A DNA stretch of 63,760 nucleotides, the filler included, from Pelomyxa schiedti (Eukaryota; Protista; Evosea), in NCBI GenBank assembly GCA_020536535.1. It is 15 parts of 15 records of this genome, joined end to end, with 100 filler letters (N's around TTAATTAATTAA, not from the genome) between each part and the next. Parts side by side here need not be neighbours in the genome. Positions count along the whole stretch, not along the records: positions 16,608 to 22,415 come from JAHLWZ010001470.1; positions 22,516 to 37,664 come from JAHLWZ010000268.1; 13 more parts are not named here. The stretch is one strand, 5' to 3'. Positions 21,636 through 33,383 of the stretch are shown here, piece after piece. The translations under genes and the position numbers were made by a program. Positions within the stretch are counted from its first letter, which is position 1, and every line of letters starts with the position of its first letter. Under the pieces are notes generated by a model. It searched no databases. It was not told the DNA's origin and saw nothing but the letters and a program-made list of their open reading frames with translations.

Positions 21636-23005
21636 AGTATACCGTATGTTGGGAAACCTTCGTTCCATAAAACTCGTTGCCCAAAACTTTTGTTGCTGAA
21701 AATGATTCGTGGCCAATTAGAAATTAGTAATAGAAATAAAATTTCTTTTTCTATGGTTAGGTATCGGTGGCAGAGAGCTGAGGAAGCCTGGGGCTGGGAT
21801 TGTCCATTCCACTTCCATGTGAAGTGCATCCATCGTCATCGCTGCCATGAGAGAAGTACCTAGCAGTGTGTGGTAGAATTCTAATTTCATCATGATGTTT
21901 TCCACGAAGTCTAAGTCACAGGTAAATTTCAGTTTTCGAGTAAAACGACAAGTGAATCACATCGAATTTGTCAAAGCGTGGTGCTTTTACGTTCGTGTGT
22001 GAGAGAGATGTCTGCAGTTTCCGCCTCTACATCTACAGTCAGCAGTGGTGCACCATCGTCGGGGTTATTAACGTCGCTGTCGTATTCCGGTGCATCTGCA
22101 TCTTCAGATGTGGTGTCTTCGTCGGAAGGACTTGGTGCCGAATTTCTCGGAGTCTGGTGCGGCGACGAAAACGCGGCCGATTTCTTGCTCACGCAGTGCC
22201 TGACGTTCTTGTAGGCTGCCAATCTGTTGTGTTGTTGTAATTTCCTTACCAAAGTCACAGTGGCTTGACTATTCTGAGGTGCTGTGTGATTCCTCTTTTA
22301 ATTGGAAGGTATATACAAGCATCTTCCAAGAGTTACATTGGACCGAGAAAAAGGTACTTGTTTCATCCCTTCACCTTCATTGATAACGAAGCTTTGGATA
22401 GGTCAATCAAATATTNNNNNNNNNNNNNNNNNNNNNNNNNNNNNNNNNNNNNNNNNNNNTTAATTAATTAANNNNNNNNNNNNNNNNNNNNNNNNNNNNN
22501 NNNNNNNNNNNNNNNCCACACCTCTTCTCCCTTGTGGAATACATGCCTCCACTGAAGAACATGCTGCTCACTGTTACAATACGTTCTCCCTCTCACCCAT
22601 AGACACTCCAAATAAAGAAACCATCATTTCCTTACTTCTGGAGAATAAAAAAAAGTTGTGAAAACAAACAAAAGAAATTACCAAGGATCTTCGAAAGGAG
22701 GCCTACAGAGGATTTATTCGCTTAGAAAAAATGTAGATACGATTTTTTTTGATTTTCAAAAACGGCCACCAAGCAAAGGAATATTTGCCAGAGACCGCAC
22801 CACGCTTTGCGGGTGAAAACAGTTTATTGAAACTGTCTTACGACACAAATGATGTCCACTTGTTATAAATGTTAATCTTCTTAATTTCTATGTTGTCGAA
22901 TATTAACCCCGAATTTGCTTGTGAATTGTGGGACCTGTTTCGAAGAAACAAAGGGAAGAATCAAATCAAGAAGGGCTCTGGAGATTTATTTCTTTTTGGG
23001 CGTTG

Positions 23006-24241
23006 TCAGAGAAGGAAGGAGGCGTGGTGCGTCAACATGTGAAAGGGTCGGAACAAACGGAATGTGATAATGTTAGCCCCAGAGCACTCCTCATCCACGT
23101 GAATCTCCTTGCCCGATTCGTTGGGTTTGAACACGAGGCCACCTTCAACAAATTCATGACTGCATTTGAAGGCAGAGCGGTTTCCACGCAGCCATTTCTG
23201 TGTCCTAACTGGCTTGCTTGTGTCGTTGATATCCCACACTTCATAAGAATCTTTGGATGCACGGAAAACACAGAACTGTGACTCGTTCAGCTTTGACAGG
23301 CTCCAGTACTCCTGCTCAAGTGCTTGGAATTTTTGCTGCAGTTTGCCAGTTCCCTCCTCAATTATGATAAACTCATTGGCGGTGGCTAACCAGTTCACTC
23401 TCATTGCAAATACACGAGTACCGCTCTCTCGTGTCATCATGAAATAAGTTCTGGACGTGAACATGGAGTAGTCAGAAAGATGCAAGTCAGCTAACCTTGG
23501 AATGGTTGAACTCAACACAGCCAATCTGTCTGATGAATAGGTTTCCCGAAGGTCCACCAAGACAATCTCAAACATCTTGTGTGGATATTTTCCACAGAAC
23601 CACAACAATAGCTGGTCCTCATTGGCACTCCCAAACTGCGCTGCGAAGTACTTCCAGCTCCACTTGACAACCCCTTGGAAACCAACGACTGTTTTCTTGA
23701 GACTGCCTCCCATGTGCCTCCTTTGTATCTGCACAACAACCATCTTCTTTGCCCAGGAGTCACACAGCACAAGCCACTTCCCGCCGACGCAGGGGCTGCA
23801 CCAGCCATCGTGCACCGGCAGTATCTCGCCGGTCAGCCTGTCCCTCAGGCAGTAGAGCCTCCATGCCCTCTGCAGCACCACGTAGTCGCGGCTGGCGCCG
23901 ATCAAATCTCCGGTGCCGGGCCGCTGGACCCACCACCTCGCCCCGTGCGTGAGCGCCAGCAGCACAGGCGACACCCCGAACGTGATCATCACCTTGTCGC
24001 CGGTGCTGGTGTCCCACCTCAGGCAGTAGAACCTCGAGTTGTCGACCAGCCACCGCCACAGCAGCCTCAGCGCCAGGGTCCCGCCGTCGGAGGCCTCCGG
24101 TGTCCCATAAGTGGTGGTCGTGGGCGTCGTCGTCGCCAGCCGCAGGGCGCAGCGGGCGCCGCAGCGGGGGTGGGTACCCGCGGCCAACGCGAGGGCCTTT
24201 TCGCGCAGGGTCCACGTCCTCGTTGAAGTGTAGGTGGCCAT
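23006..24241 (-). CDS. Beta-rich family protein, copy C (intronless; ORF open upstream to 24451)
   Basis: LALAAGTHPRCGARCAL, LRLLWRWLV, FGVSPVLL, GGKWLVLC, LVDLRETYSSDRLAVLSST, YEVWDIN, VDEECSGANIITF. Confidence 0.75.
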   Translation of the reverse strand: MATYTSTRTWTLREKALALAAGTHPRCGARCALRLATTTPTTTTYGTPEASDGGTLALRLLWRWLVDNSRFYCLRWDTSTGDKVMITFGVSPVLLALTHGARWWVQRPGTGDLIGASRDYVVLQRAWRLYCLRDRLTGEILPVHDGWCSPCVGGKWLVLCDSWAKKMVVVQIQRRHMGGSLKKTVVGFQGVVKWSWKYFAAQFGSANEDQLLLWFCGKYPHKMFEIVLVDLRETYSSDRLAVLSSTIPRLADLHLSDYSMFTSRTYFMMTRESGTRVFAMRVNWLATANEFIIIEEGTGKLQQKFQALEQEYWSLSKLNESQFCVFRASKDSYEVWDINDTSKPVRTQKWLRGNRSAFKCSHEFVEGGLVFKPNESGKEIHVDEECSGANIITFRLFRPFHMLTHHASFLL

Positions 24242-24682
24242 CAATGGCGTGGAGTGGGTGTGTAGGACTCGTGTGGGAGATGCAACCACCGAGAGGCCTC
24301 GTTGGCGTTGCTGTGCGGGCGGAGTCTCCACATTGAAGTGCGAGGCGGAAGAGCGAGTTGTTTGCCGTACCAAGGACATGTCTCTGATCACAACTCGACT
24401 TTTTAATCTGACTGATACCACTGTTCGTTTACTACTAGGGGGTTCACGCACAGGAACATCGAACTTGTGAGTAGAAGAGTGAACTGTCGATTCAGAAGAC
24501 GACTCAACATCTGATGGGAGATCTCAAAAAACCAAAAACAAACCGATACCAACACCGACCGGGTACTTGACAACTCAACGTCGAACGAAACACCAGAACA
24601 GGGAGGGTCACACACCAGCGCAACTTTTATTTACACTCTATAAACACTGTTGTTGTTTGATTCAGAGTGGCCAAATTGTGGG

Positions 24683-27600
24683 ATGGGTACGAGTGTGACA
24701 GAGGGAGAGTTTGAATCTTGGCAAGAAAAAACTGACACTTACGACGTGATATGGTTTGTTTTTTGTTTTGTTTTTCTCTTTCTTTTTATTTATTCGTCTT
24801 ACTATTCTCTTTTGTCTTTTTCTGACCCCCGTCATTATATTGTTTCAACAAGTCATTTTTCATTCCCTCCTGACCTATTTACCTACCAAGGGTGGACCAT
24901 AACAAAACACGAAGACGTGTCACGTTACTATTGGACGAGGAAGAATTTAGCGTTATTTACCCTGAAACCTATCCAAAGGGCGGACTCTTTGTATGGAACT
25001 TTCCCAAAGCAGAGCCATTGCTTAATCTCGCCAGGTTTTTGAGACAAAAGCAAAAAAGCACACCGCATGGGTGGGGCTTGTGAATGGAGCCGTTTCGTCC
25101 AAAACTGGAGCAGCCAAGTTTGGCGACATCCTGACTATTGCCATGGGTCTCAGGAAGGGTGGCGGAGAGCCAACTGAAGATGCTGACGAAGCGAGTGATG
25201 AAGACCTTGAAGCTGACGATGACTCGGATGATGACGCAAAATCGAAGAAAGAAGAGATGATTGAAGAGGAAGATGATGCCTTTGAAGAAGGGTACACTGC
25301 CTTTCTACTCTCGTTTCTTGAGTTCTAAGATGCTGTAGCTTGGAAGATCTCCGTAAGAAGAAACGCTGGCAAAAGAGGGAGGCGGAACTGAGAGCAAAAC
25401 TCAAAGTAATTTCTTCTTGAAATCCTCCTCTAACAATGGCAGGAAGAAGCGGCTGGACACAAAGCTGTTACAACCATTTTCAGTAGTACAGCTGCAACTG
25501 GAGTTCTCACTAACGACCTCCTGTTGATTATGAAAGAAAAAATGAAGCTTGTAAGCCCTTACAATTCTGTTTTACAGCTGAAAGAAGAACAGGGTATATC
25601 TGCTGAACCAATCGATGACAATATATACCACTGGAATGTAAAGCTCTTCAATTTTAAGCCCGATACTCCTCTTGCAGGTACTTCCAAGACCACTTAAACA
25701 AACCACTGATTGGAAATTAGCTGATCTTGAAGTTGTAAAGAGACAATTTGGCTATGTACCACTTCACTGAACCTCATGTAAAGTAACGAAATGATAGGAC
25801 TATGTGGAACTGGAAGTTTCCTTCACTATCGATCTATACCCCTTCTACCCTCCAACAATCAGAGTTGTGCGTCCTAGGCTTCAGGGATTCATGATGGGCA
25901 GAGTATTTTCTTGCTTCATTTGTATGTCTTGTTAACTGCGCTAAAGGTCACTAGTTTGGATATATTGAAACTCTCATACTGGGATCCAGGTTTCCCACAT
26001 ATTTATTGTTATTTTTCTAACTGCATAATAAGTAAAGGACATGCGGAGTGTTCTTGGAATTGTTAGAGAGCTCCTTGAAGATTATGGCAGACTGGGTGTG
26101 TTGATCAAATGAATATCCCTCTCCATCCTAAAACGCCAAAGATGCCAATAACCCCCTGAATGATCGTACAACTACTCCCGCTGGTGCTTACTCGCCATTG
26201 GAGTACCACCTACTAAGACTTGAACTTCTAACGTAAATATGCATGTGTTTCCAAATGGTCAGAGTCACTTATATTTCTCCCAGGGAAACTTCCCCACGTG
26301 CAAATCTGAAGTATCCAGACCGAGAGTCTATATTAAGGAAGTCCGCCACTGGCACCAGTTCAGCAGCTCAGCCATCGGGGGGAAAGCCAAGTTAGTGAAG
26401 CCTCCATATTTAAAGCACTGAACACGTTCATAGATTCGAACAAAGGTACATACTGGGCAAAGGGCACTGGCTATGGTTCTGGTTGCACATCAAACAGCAG
26501 AGTATCGTCCTTTCTTCCTTGATTCCGGGCACTCGTTTAATGTAAATATACAGTGGGATGTAAATGCATACCTTGCAGCTCAGAAACAGAAAGACAATGA
26601 AACTGAAGCCCTTCTTAAAAGTTTTAATGCTAGTCACCTTCTGTTATTTATAATTTTAGGCATCCATCGTGAAATTGTTCACCCTTCAAGCAAAATACCT
26701 TACGATGTAGTTGAAGAGTCTTGCTTAATACCCGCGCTTGAGTCCTATCTTAGAAACGACTCACTTCTCGATATGGGCAGGTAAAGGGATTAAGGTATCT
26801 TGTCATTTGATTGGTTTACAGACATGCCTCCCTTTATATTGTTGTATTTGACATTTTACTTGCAATCTCAAATACTGAAGAACTCCTCCCAATTCTTGAT
26901 ACGTTACCCCATCAGGTTACCCTAATCTTAATTGCTTCTGCTTTGTCACCCACAAGAGTAGACAACATCATTAATTGATCTTATGAAAAACCAAAACACA
27001 CGGGCGTCTGTTATCGTTTCGCGAGTGACTGATGATACAGATGCTGCAATGCTCAAGGTTAGACTTTCCTTTTCTGAAATCATTCCTTGGCTCATTCATG
27101 TACAGCTTGCCAAGAAGATTATCGAAAGTTATAAGTCCGCTTCAGCTGGATTGGATCGAGTTAACGCAGAAACAAGAGCTCTGGAAGCATCCCGCACTGC
27201 TTCCTCCTCTGCCTCTACCTCCACCTCAACATCAACTTCGGCTGCTGCTACAACTGTGTGCTGTTTTTACCCTTCCCATCTTAACTAACTCTTGAAAGAG
27301 CACCCTGCCACCAGATAAACTTTACATATCTCAAATGGAACCGCTTATGTTTGATGTAAGACTTTTTAACGAAGTCATCCGTACTTAATCGTTCAACCAG
27401 GTTGTCACGATGGATCTTAGAGGTCATCACTACCATAGGTAGGTTTCTAAATAAAACTCATCTCAAGTTATCACAGCCACTCCTCGACTGGAACACCCAA
27501 TAAAAACAAAGTCATGAGACTTGCTCAGGAGCAAGCAACGTACTGCTATCGTCCTTCTTAAATTCTTTCTTCTTTTTTACTCACCTCTTTCAGGCTGTCT

Positions 27601-28610
27601 ACAGCCCTTCCTATAACACTCGATTCAAGCGTTTTTGTAAGAGTAGACAGCAATAACATGGACTTCATGAGGGCATTAATCACTGGTTGGACAGACTGAT
27701 CACAAACCCTACTAACTGTAAAAAAAAGGTCCTATGGCTTCCGATTACGGAGTAACAAGCACGCCTTATGCTGGTGGTTGCTTTATGTTCGATATATTTA
27801 TTGTATCCCTTGAACGCACTGACCTAAACAACTAAAATAATCTTCCAACAGCCACAAAACTATCCAGATGGGCCACCCTTGGTCAATCTTCAAACCACTG
27901 GCAATGGGTCAGTGCGATTCAACCCAAATCTCTATCATTGTGGCAAAGGTATAGAATAGCACTCCTGGAAAAATTTGTAATTCATACAGTGTGTTTATCT
28001 CTGCTTGGAACATGGTCCGGTGCTGAGGGCGAGAACTGGAACAGGGACACAAGCACCCTTCTGCAAGTACATTATATTTTCCCATAAACTCTCTTAAACC
28101 CGCAGGTTTTTGTTTCTATTCAATCTCTTATCATGGTTCCAATGCCATTCTTCAACGAACCTGGGTACGAGTCACAAATGGGTAATCATTTCAAGATTTA
28201 TTGCTATTCTCATTTAATGAATTTAAGGTACCCCTTCTGGCGACACAAACAACAGGCAATACAACGAAGTAAGTTTTATCTTTAGCTGTAAGTAGGGAAT
28301 TCACTTATTCCACACAGGTAATTCGGTGCGGTACCTTGGATCACGCCATTATCGGGCAGCTCCAGAATCCATCCCCCGGGTTTGAGGTATAGCCGAAATT
28401 CAAAAATTTCTTCCAACACCACAAAAGGAAGTCATACAGAAACATTTCTACCTGCAGCAGAACCGCATTATAGAACAAGTTAACCGGTGGATTGCTGAGG
28501 CACAAAGCACCAACCGGACACACTACAGCCGGCTTCTCAAGCAACTTGCCACAATGCAGGAGCTATTTGCCAAGCTTCCCAAATACCCATTCCCGCCCCT
28601 TCCTGCTTAA
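24683..28610 (+). CDS. Two-UBC protein: RWD-like plus UBE2Q-like pseudo-E2 plus BIRC6-type C-terminal E2 (about 20 exons)
   Basis: First UBC: [11 protein letters not shown]...[13 protein letters not shown]...[20 protein letters not shown]6-like region: YWAKGTGYG...WDV...[22 protein letters not shown]. Second UBC: [12 protein letters not shown]...[19 protein letters not shown]...[18 protein letters not shown]. Confidence 0.85.
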
Positions 28611-28819
28611 ATACTCACAAACCAACTCACTCCCACAAACACACAACACAGAACCACTGCCAAACAGCAACCAACAACTTCATTAAAAGAAAAACCCTGC
28701 ATCAGTTTCGTTTTCTTTTTGAAGTTTTCGAACGCCGGGACTTCACGTCAAGGTGTCAAACGCGAACATTATGTGGAAATAAGATCAAATAAAATAAAAA
28801 CCCAAGGGGAGCGTGGGTG

Positions 28820-31578
28820 ATGGATCTGATCAGCACGGTTCTACGGCAAATCGTTTCCAGTGACAAAGTCAGGTAGTTAGTTGATGCTGCTGGGAGCGGC
28901 TGCGGAACTTCCGATTGCAACAGTAGTTTTTTTTGCTTTTCTGACGGTGAAATTGAGATATGCGGATGGGTCATACAACTTGGATTTGACTTACATAACG
29001 GACCGAGTCATTGCGATGTCATTCCCTGCTAATGGTACGTTTTGTGTAGCCTGTGCGATCAACAAGTTTCACTGTCCTGTCCTAGGGGTTGAAAGCACAT
29101 GGAGAAACTTTATTGATGATGTAGCAAGTTTCTTGAAAGCAAAGCACGGTTCCACCCATTACTACATATTCAATCTCTCAGAGAAAGACTACGACTCAGC
29201 GAAATTCGGTGGAAAAGTATTACTCTCTGGATTGCCTAGCCTGTAACTCCGTACTAGGTTCACAGCTGGTGTCGATTCCCTGATCATCATCCACCTCCTC
29301 TTACCTTATTATTACAAATACTGTATCATATGCAATTATGGCTCTCTTCTGATCCAGAAAATGTCATTGTAGTCCATTGTCAGGTAGTTTCTTAAGTACT
29401 TGTTGCCTGTCATTAAAGTATCAAGGCTGGCAAGGGCAGAACCGGTACAGTGATATCATCGTTTCTGCTTTATGCAGGTGTGTGAGCGTCCAGCTGAATC
29501 ACCTAAGCACCTATACAGGCCTTGTATCAACTGCCACTGATGCCCTTAATTTTTTTGCACACAAACGCACTATTTCCCACAACGGGGTATCATACCCTTC
29601 TCAGAGACGTTATGTCTCCTATATCGATGCCCTCCTCCATCACCATCACCACCACTGTGCCTCCATAGCAGCTGAGGTTCCTCAACCACCTCCTCCGCTA
29701 CATATGCAGGTTTACACCTTATTTTTCTTTGTTGATAACACAGAGCAGGCACTTCAAATAAGTAAAATGAAGTTCAGTTGGGTACCCAAGGTTTCTTTCC
29801 ACAATTAAGGTGACAAGTTCTCACACATTTTCAAGTTCTCTCTGGGCTTCGGAAAAAGTGGATTTATCCCAGTAGTATCAATTTTTGACTCCTCTAACAT
29901 GAACCTATTGTTCAATTCTGCCACTCGCTCTGGAAATGATCCACTGTACTCCCTCCATTTTCTGATAATAATTAATTCCATTGGAGACCCCATTATTCTG
30001 GAGACACTCCTTTTATTCTTGACATAAACTGTATTGTCTGGGGTGATATTTTGATTCGAGTTGATCACGTTAATTACATGATCAAGTAAGCCATCTCTCC
30101 ACTTTTTCTGTGCTAAAGTGCCCAGGCCAGAGCTTGTATGCAGGCAATGCCCTATGATATTAAATACATCTCACCTTGTGGCAGAATAAGTTTTCACACA
30201 GGCTTTATTTTTGACAACTGTGTAGTAATGCGTAAGGAGAACATTGATATGGCACACGATGACCCTCGGTATTCTTGTTTGCGTTCCTTTTACGCACTCA
30301 CGACATTCAGATTTCCAACCAATTTCACAATTGAGATTACATTCACAGATGCCCAGCTGCCACCAGCACATAAATCTTTCAAAGTACCCCCCAAGAAACC
30401 ACAGCTCTATTTCACATTTTCGCCTCTAGGACCTGCAAGATTTCGGTCATCTTCTCAATAAAACTCTTGCTCAGTCTCAAACAGGCGGTTCTGGCTGTTG
30501 GTTCCAACCAATTAATGGTTAGTACTCTGTAAACTTCTCAATCTTTGTATCCACATCCCAATAAGATAAACCGGACGAATCCCGGAAGTTGGTCAAACTA
30601 TTTCAGGTAAAAAATTGTTTTTTTTTTCCTCCAAGATATCTCACTCTATCACAGCAACCACGTCCGGTTGTTACACTTAAATCTGGAATCCTGCAGCATC
30701 TGTTAATTAAATCCAACAGTTGGGAAGTAGTAAGGTAATCCCATAACCCAATGTGCAAATGCTGATCAGCTCAAGTTTCCATCTTTCAAATAACGAAATC
30801 ACATTTTGCCGATCTCATGACGTACGTGTAAAATGTTGGGCACATTCCTTCACTCACTACAAAACCAGACCGGTCTTGCAAAAGTGATCCCGATGTACGA
30901 TGTTGTGCATGCTGCACCTCCCACAACACGAATTGATACCCCAAGTGTACACTGCATGTTTAGAGTTGTCACTTTCAACATTAGGTAACTTCCCGCACCT
31001 TCAGCTATTAAATCTAACCCCAAGACAGTGATAAAACTAAATTTGTAGAGCACACATTCAAAACGAGTGATCCGCAATTGTGCCAGGAATGGGTGTCTTC
31101 TATAAATGCAGCTCGAACAACCTTTATGGAGGTACGGTTAGCTGATACCGTTCCCCCTCTGACCAACTCCCAGGAGAACATGAACTTCATGGCGCTCAAC
31201 CAGTCCCCGCCAGCTCCACCCCTGTTGACTCCTGCAGGCCCGGATATACCGGCTCGGTCACCCTCTGTCCCAACAACACTACCACCACACACACCATCCG
31301 GAACAACCGCGCTACTCACAAGGTCCATTCCACCACCCTCCACAGCCGCCACAAGCACCAACAACCACTGTAACATGATGTCGCGCTCAGTGCCCCCACC
31401 AACACCAACCCTGTCATCAACCACCACCTCCTCGCTGATATCAACATCTTCATCAGACCCCGAATCTGGGTACAACATCACCAAATCACCCTCTGGAGTC
31501 GAAACTCCAGCGAGCCAATCCAAGAAGACCCCACCAACGACCTCCATCGAGGATGACTTCTTCATCATTTGGGGCTAA
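28820..31578 (+). CDS. PTEN: PTEN-like phosphatase with C2 domain, C-terminal PH domain and Pro/Thr-rich tail
   Basis: LRQIVSSDKVRYADGSYNLDLTYITDRVIAMSFP; HCQAGKGRTG across an intron; GVSYPSQRRYVSY; C2 motif GRISFHTGFI. PH-like LKSGILQHLLIKSNSWE..RWFVVSEGMLTYYK...CQEWVSSINAAR. Confidence 0.85.
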
Positions 31579-31829
31579 ACTTCATCACCATCACCCACCA
31601 AAATCAATACAAAATTTTGCAGTGTCACCCCAACTAAAACTAGCTTTTTGCTAGAGGTTCAGCTAGGACTTTAATCTAATAACTGCCAGCTAAAACACCA
31701 GCTAAAGATATTAGATCCTTTGACCCTAAGTTCAGGGCCGTGGAGCTGCTGCGCGTGTCAGCCCGCCGTTGTCCTGTAACAAGACACCGTTGCGGAGTGC
31801 TGGTGACACAGTTCCATCTTCTTCAGATA

Positions 31830-32342
31830 GACTTGAACAAGTTGGTGCTCTAATGATGCTCTCGATGAACAAAATTGAATGGTGGTTCTGCCTCACACTT
31901 CCAGATGTTTGTAACTTCCACTTCTTATTATGGGTGCGCCAACAATTCGCAACATAAAGAAACAAGAAATTTGTTTTGAGAAAATAGGTCATTTTCTCTT
32001 GAGTGACATAGATTGATTGGGGTCTAACAGGTCACAAAGCGGGTGGCCAGTAACTGTCACAACAGTTAGTGAGAGCAGGGAAGTTGGAAGGGTGCCTCAC
32101 GTGAGATTGTGCTGTTCATTCCGGATAACTCGTTTCAATGAAGAAGTGCAGTACAGCCAGGGATTCTGCGTTGGGCCTTCCGCATTGCGGAACGTTAGAA
32201 TTGAGATTGGTGCCACCGGCCCCCCCCCCAGTTCAGGGGAGTGGGTCAGGGGGATGGTCCTTACGACGCCCCGAAGGGTGTCTGCCATAGGCACTTTAAA
32301 GCCCTGCCACAAAGACAGTGGCACCAACTCAACCGAGGAATC
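31830..32342 (+). repeat. Diverged direct copy of about 36800-37230
   Basis: GGGTGGCCAGTAACTGTCACAAC...CTCAACCGAGGAATC occurs at 32041-32342 and at about 36948-37229. TTGAACAAG...GAGAAAAATAGG is also shared. Confidence 0.9.
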
Positions 32343-32563
32343 NNNNNNNNNNNNNNNNNNNNNNNNNNNNNNNNNNNNNNNNNNNNNNNNNNNNNNNNNN
32401 NNNNNNNNNNNNNNNNNNNNNNNNNNNNNNNNNNNNNNNNNNGAAGTAGGTAGTTTCCCAGTCTCTTTTTTCCCGTCTCACGCCACACAGATTGAGCGAT
32501 TAGAAAAGGTGAGACCATCATCGGGAGGCTTTCATGATATTGCAAAAAACGCGGCCGTACTCA

Positions 32564-33383
32564 TATGCCTCGTGGTCCAGCCACTTGGCAAGTTCAATGT
32601 CACATGTCATTCCACAAGCGCAGTGGCCCTCGAGTATTCCTCTCTTGCCCATTTCTAGATAAGATTTCCAAAAAACGTCAAGTAATAACATGGTCCAGGC
32701 AAGCGAGATTTAAACCACTGGCACAGCTCAACTGAACTGTGCTTGTTAGCCAGAACTCTCTTTACTTCAACCATTCCTTCCTCCACAATCCAAAAATTCT
32801 CCACCCACCATTTTGCCAACATTGGATCCCTTCCCCTCGCAGCGAAAGATGCAAAAATTGAGCCCCCCGTCGTCAACGCCAGAGAATATCTTCTTCAGCC
32901 CATAAGTCCCCATCACCCACTCCACGACCGCCTTGTTCCCCTCCTCCATCGCACTCCATTTCGCCACCTCGGGGGACTGGCCCCTGCCCCCGCACACCTG
33001 CCACATGAACCCACAACCCCCGCACCGCATGTCCTCCCTCTCTGCGGAATCCACGAGGCAGGAGTCCACACATCACGTGCCCAAACGCCTTGTTCTGCCT
33101 CCTCGTTCTCGTCCTGTCCCCACCACCGTCGCTCCTGTGGTTCATCAAGATCCAGGTCACACACGAGGGTGCGTTGGATTGCGCGGCACACCTGAGGTGG
33201 AAGTAGTGGGACTGGGACACGCGGGGAACGAGAGGGAACAGTCCGCTGGCCACAGTGTACAATCGGACGAGGAACTTCTCCCATGATCGCAGTTTGTCGG
33301 GCAGCGAGGAGGGGAATGGGACGACCACCCACACAACGCGTGACACCGTCCGTCGTTGGTGTCGTTTCGTTGCTTGTCATCAC
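32564..33383 (-). pseudogene. Frameshifted ankyrin-like repeat gene (left arm copy)
   Basis: Pieces in different frames: SAMEEGNKAVVEWVMGTYGL, FAARGRDPMLAKWWVENF, HSSVELCQWF. Confidence 0.5.

Noticed and set aside
21581-22415. Minus-strand ORF fragments, possibly transposon-derived
   Set aside because: The frames are interrupted by stops and I recognised no motif, so I cannot support a call.
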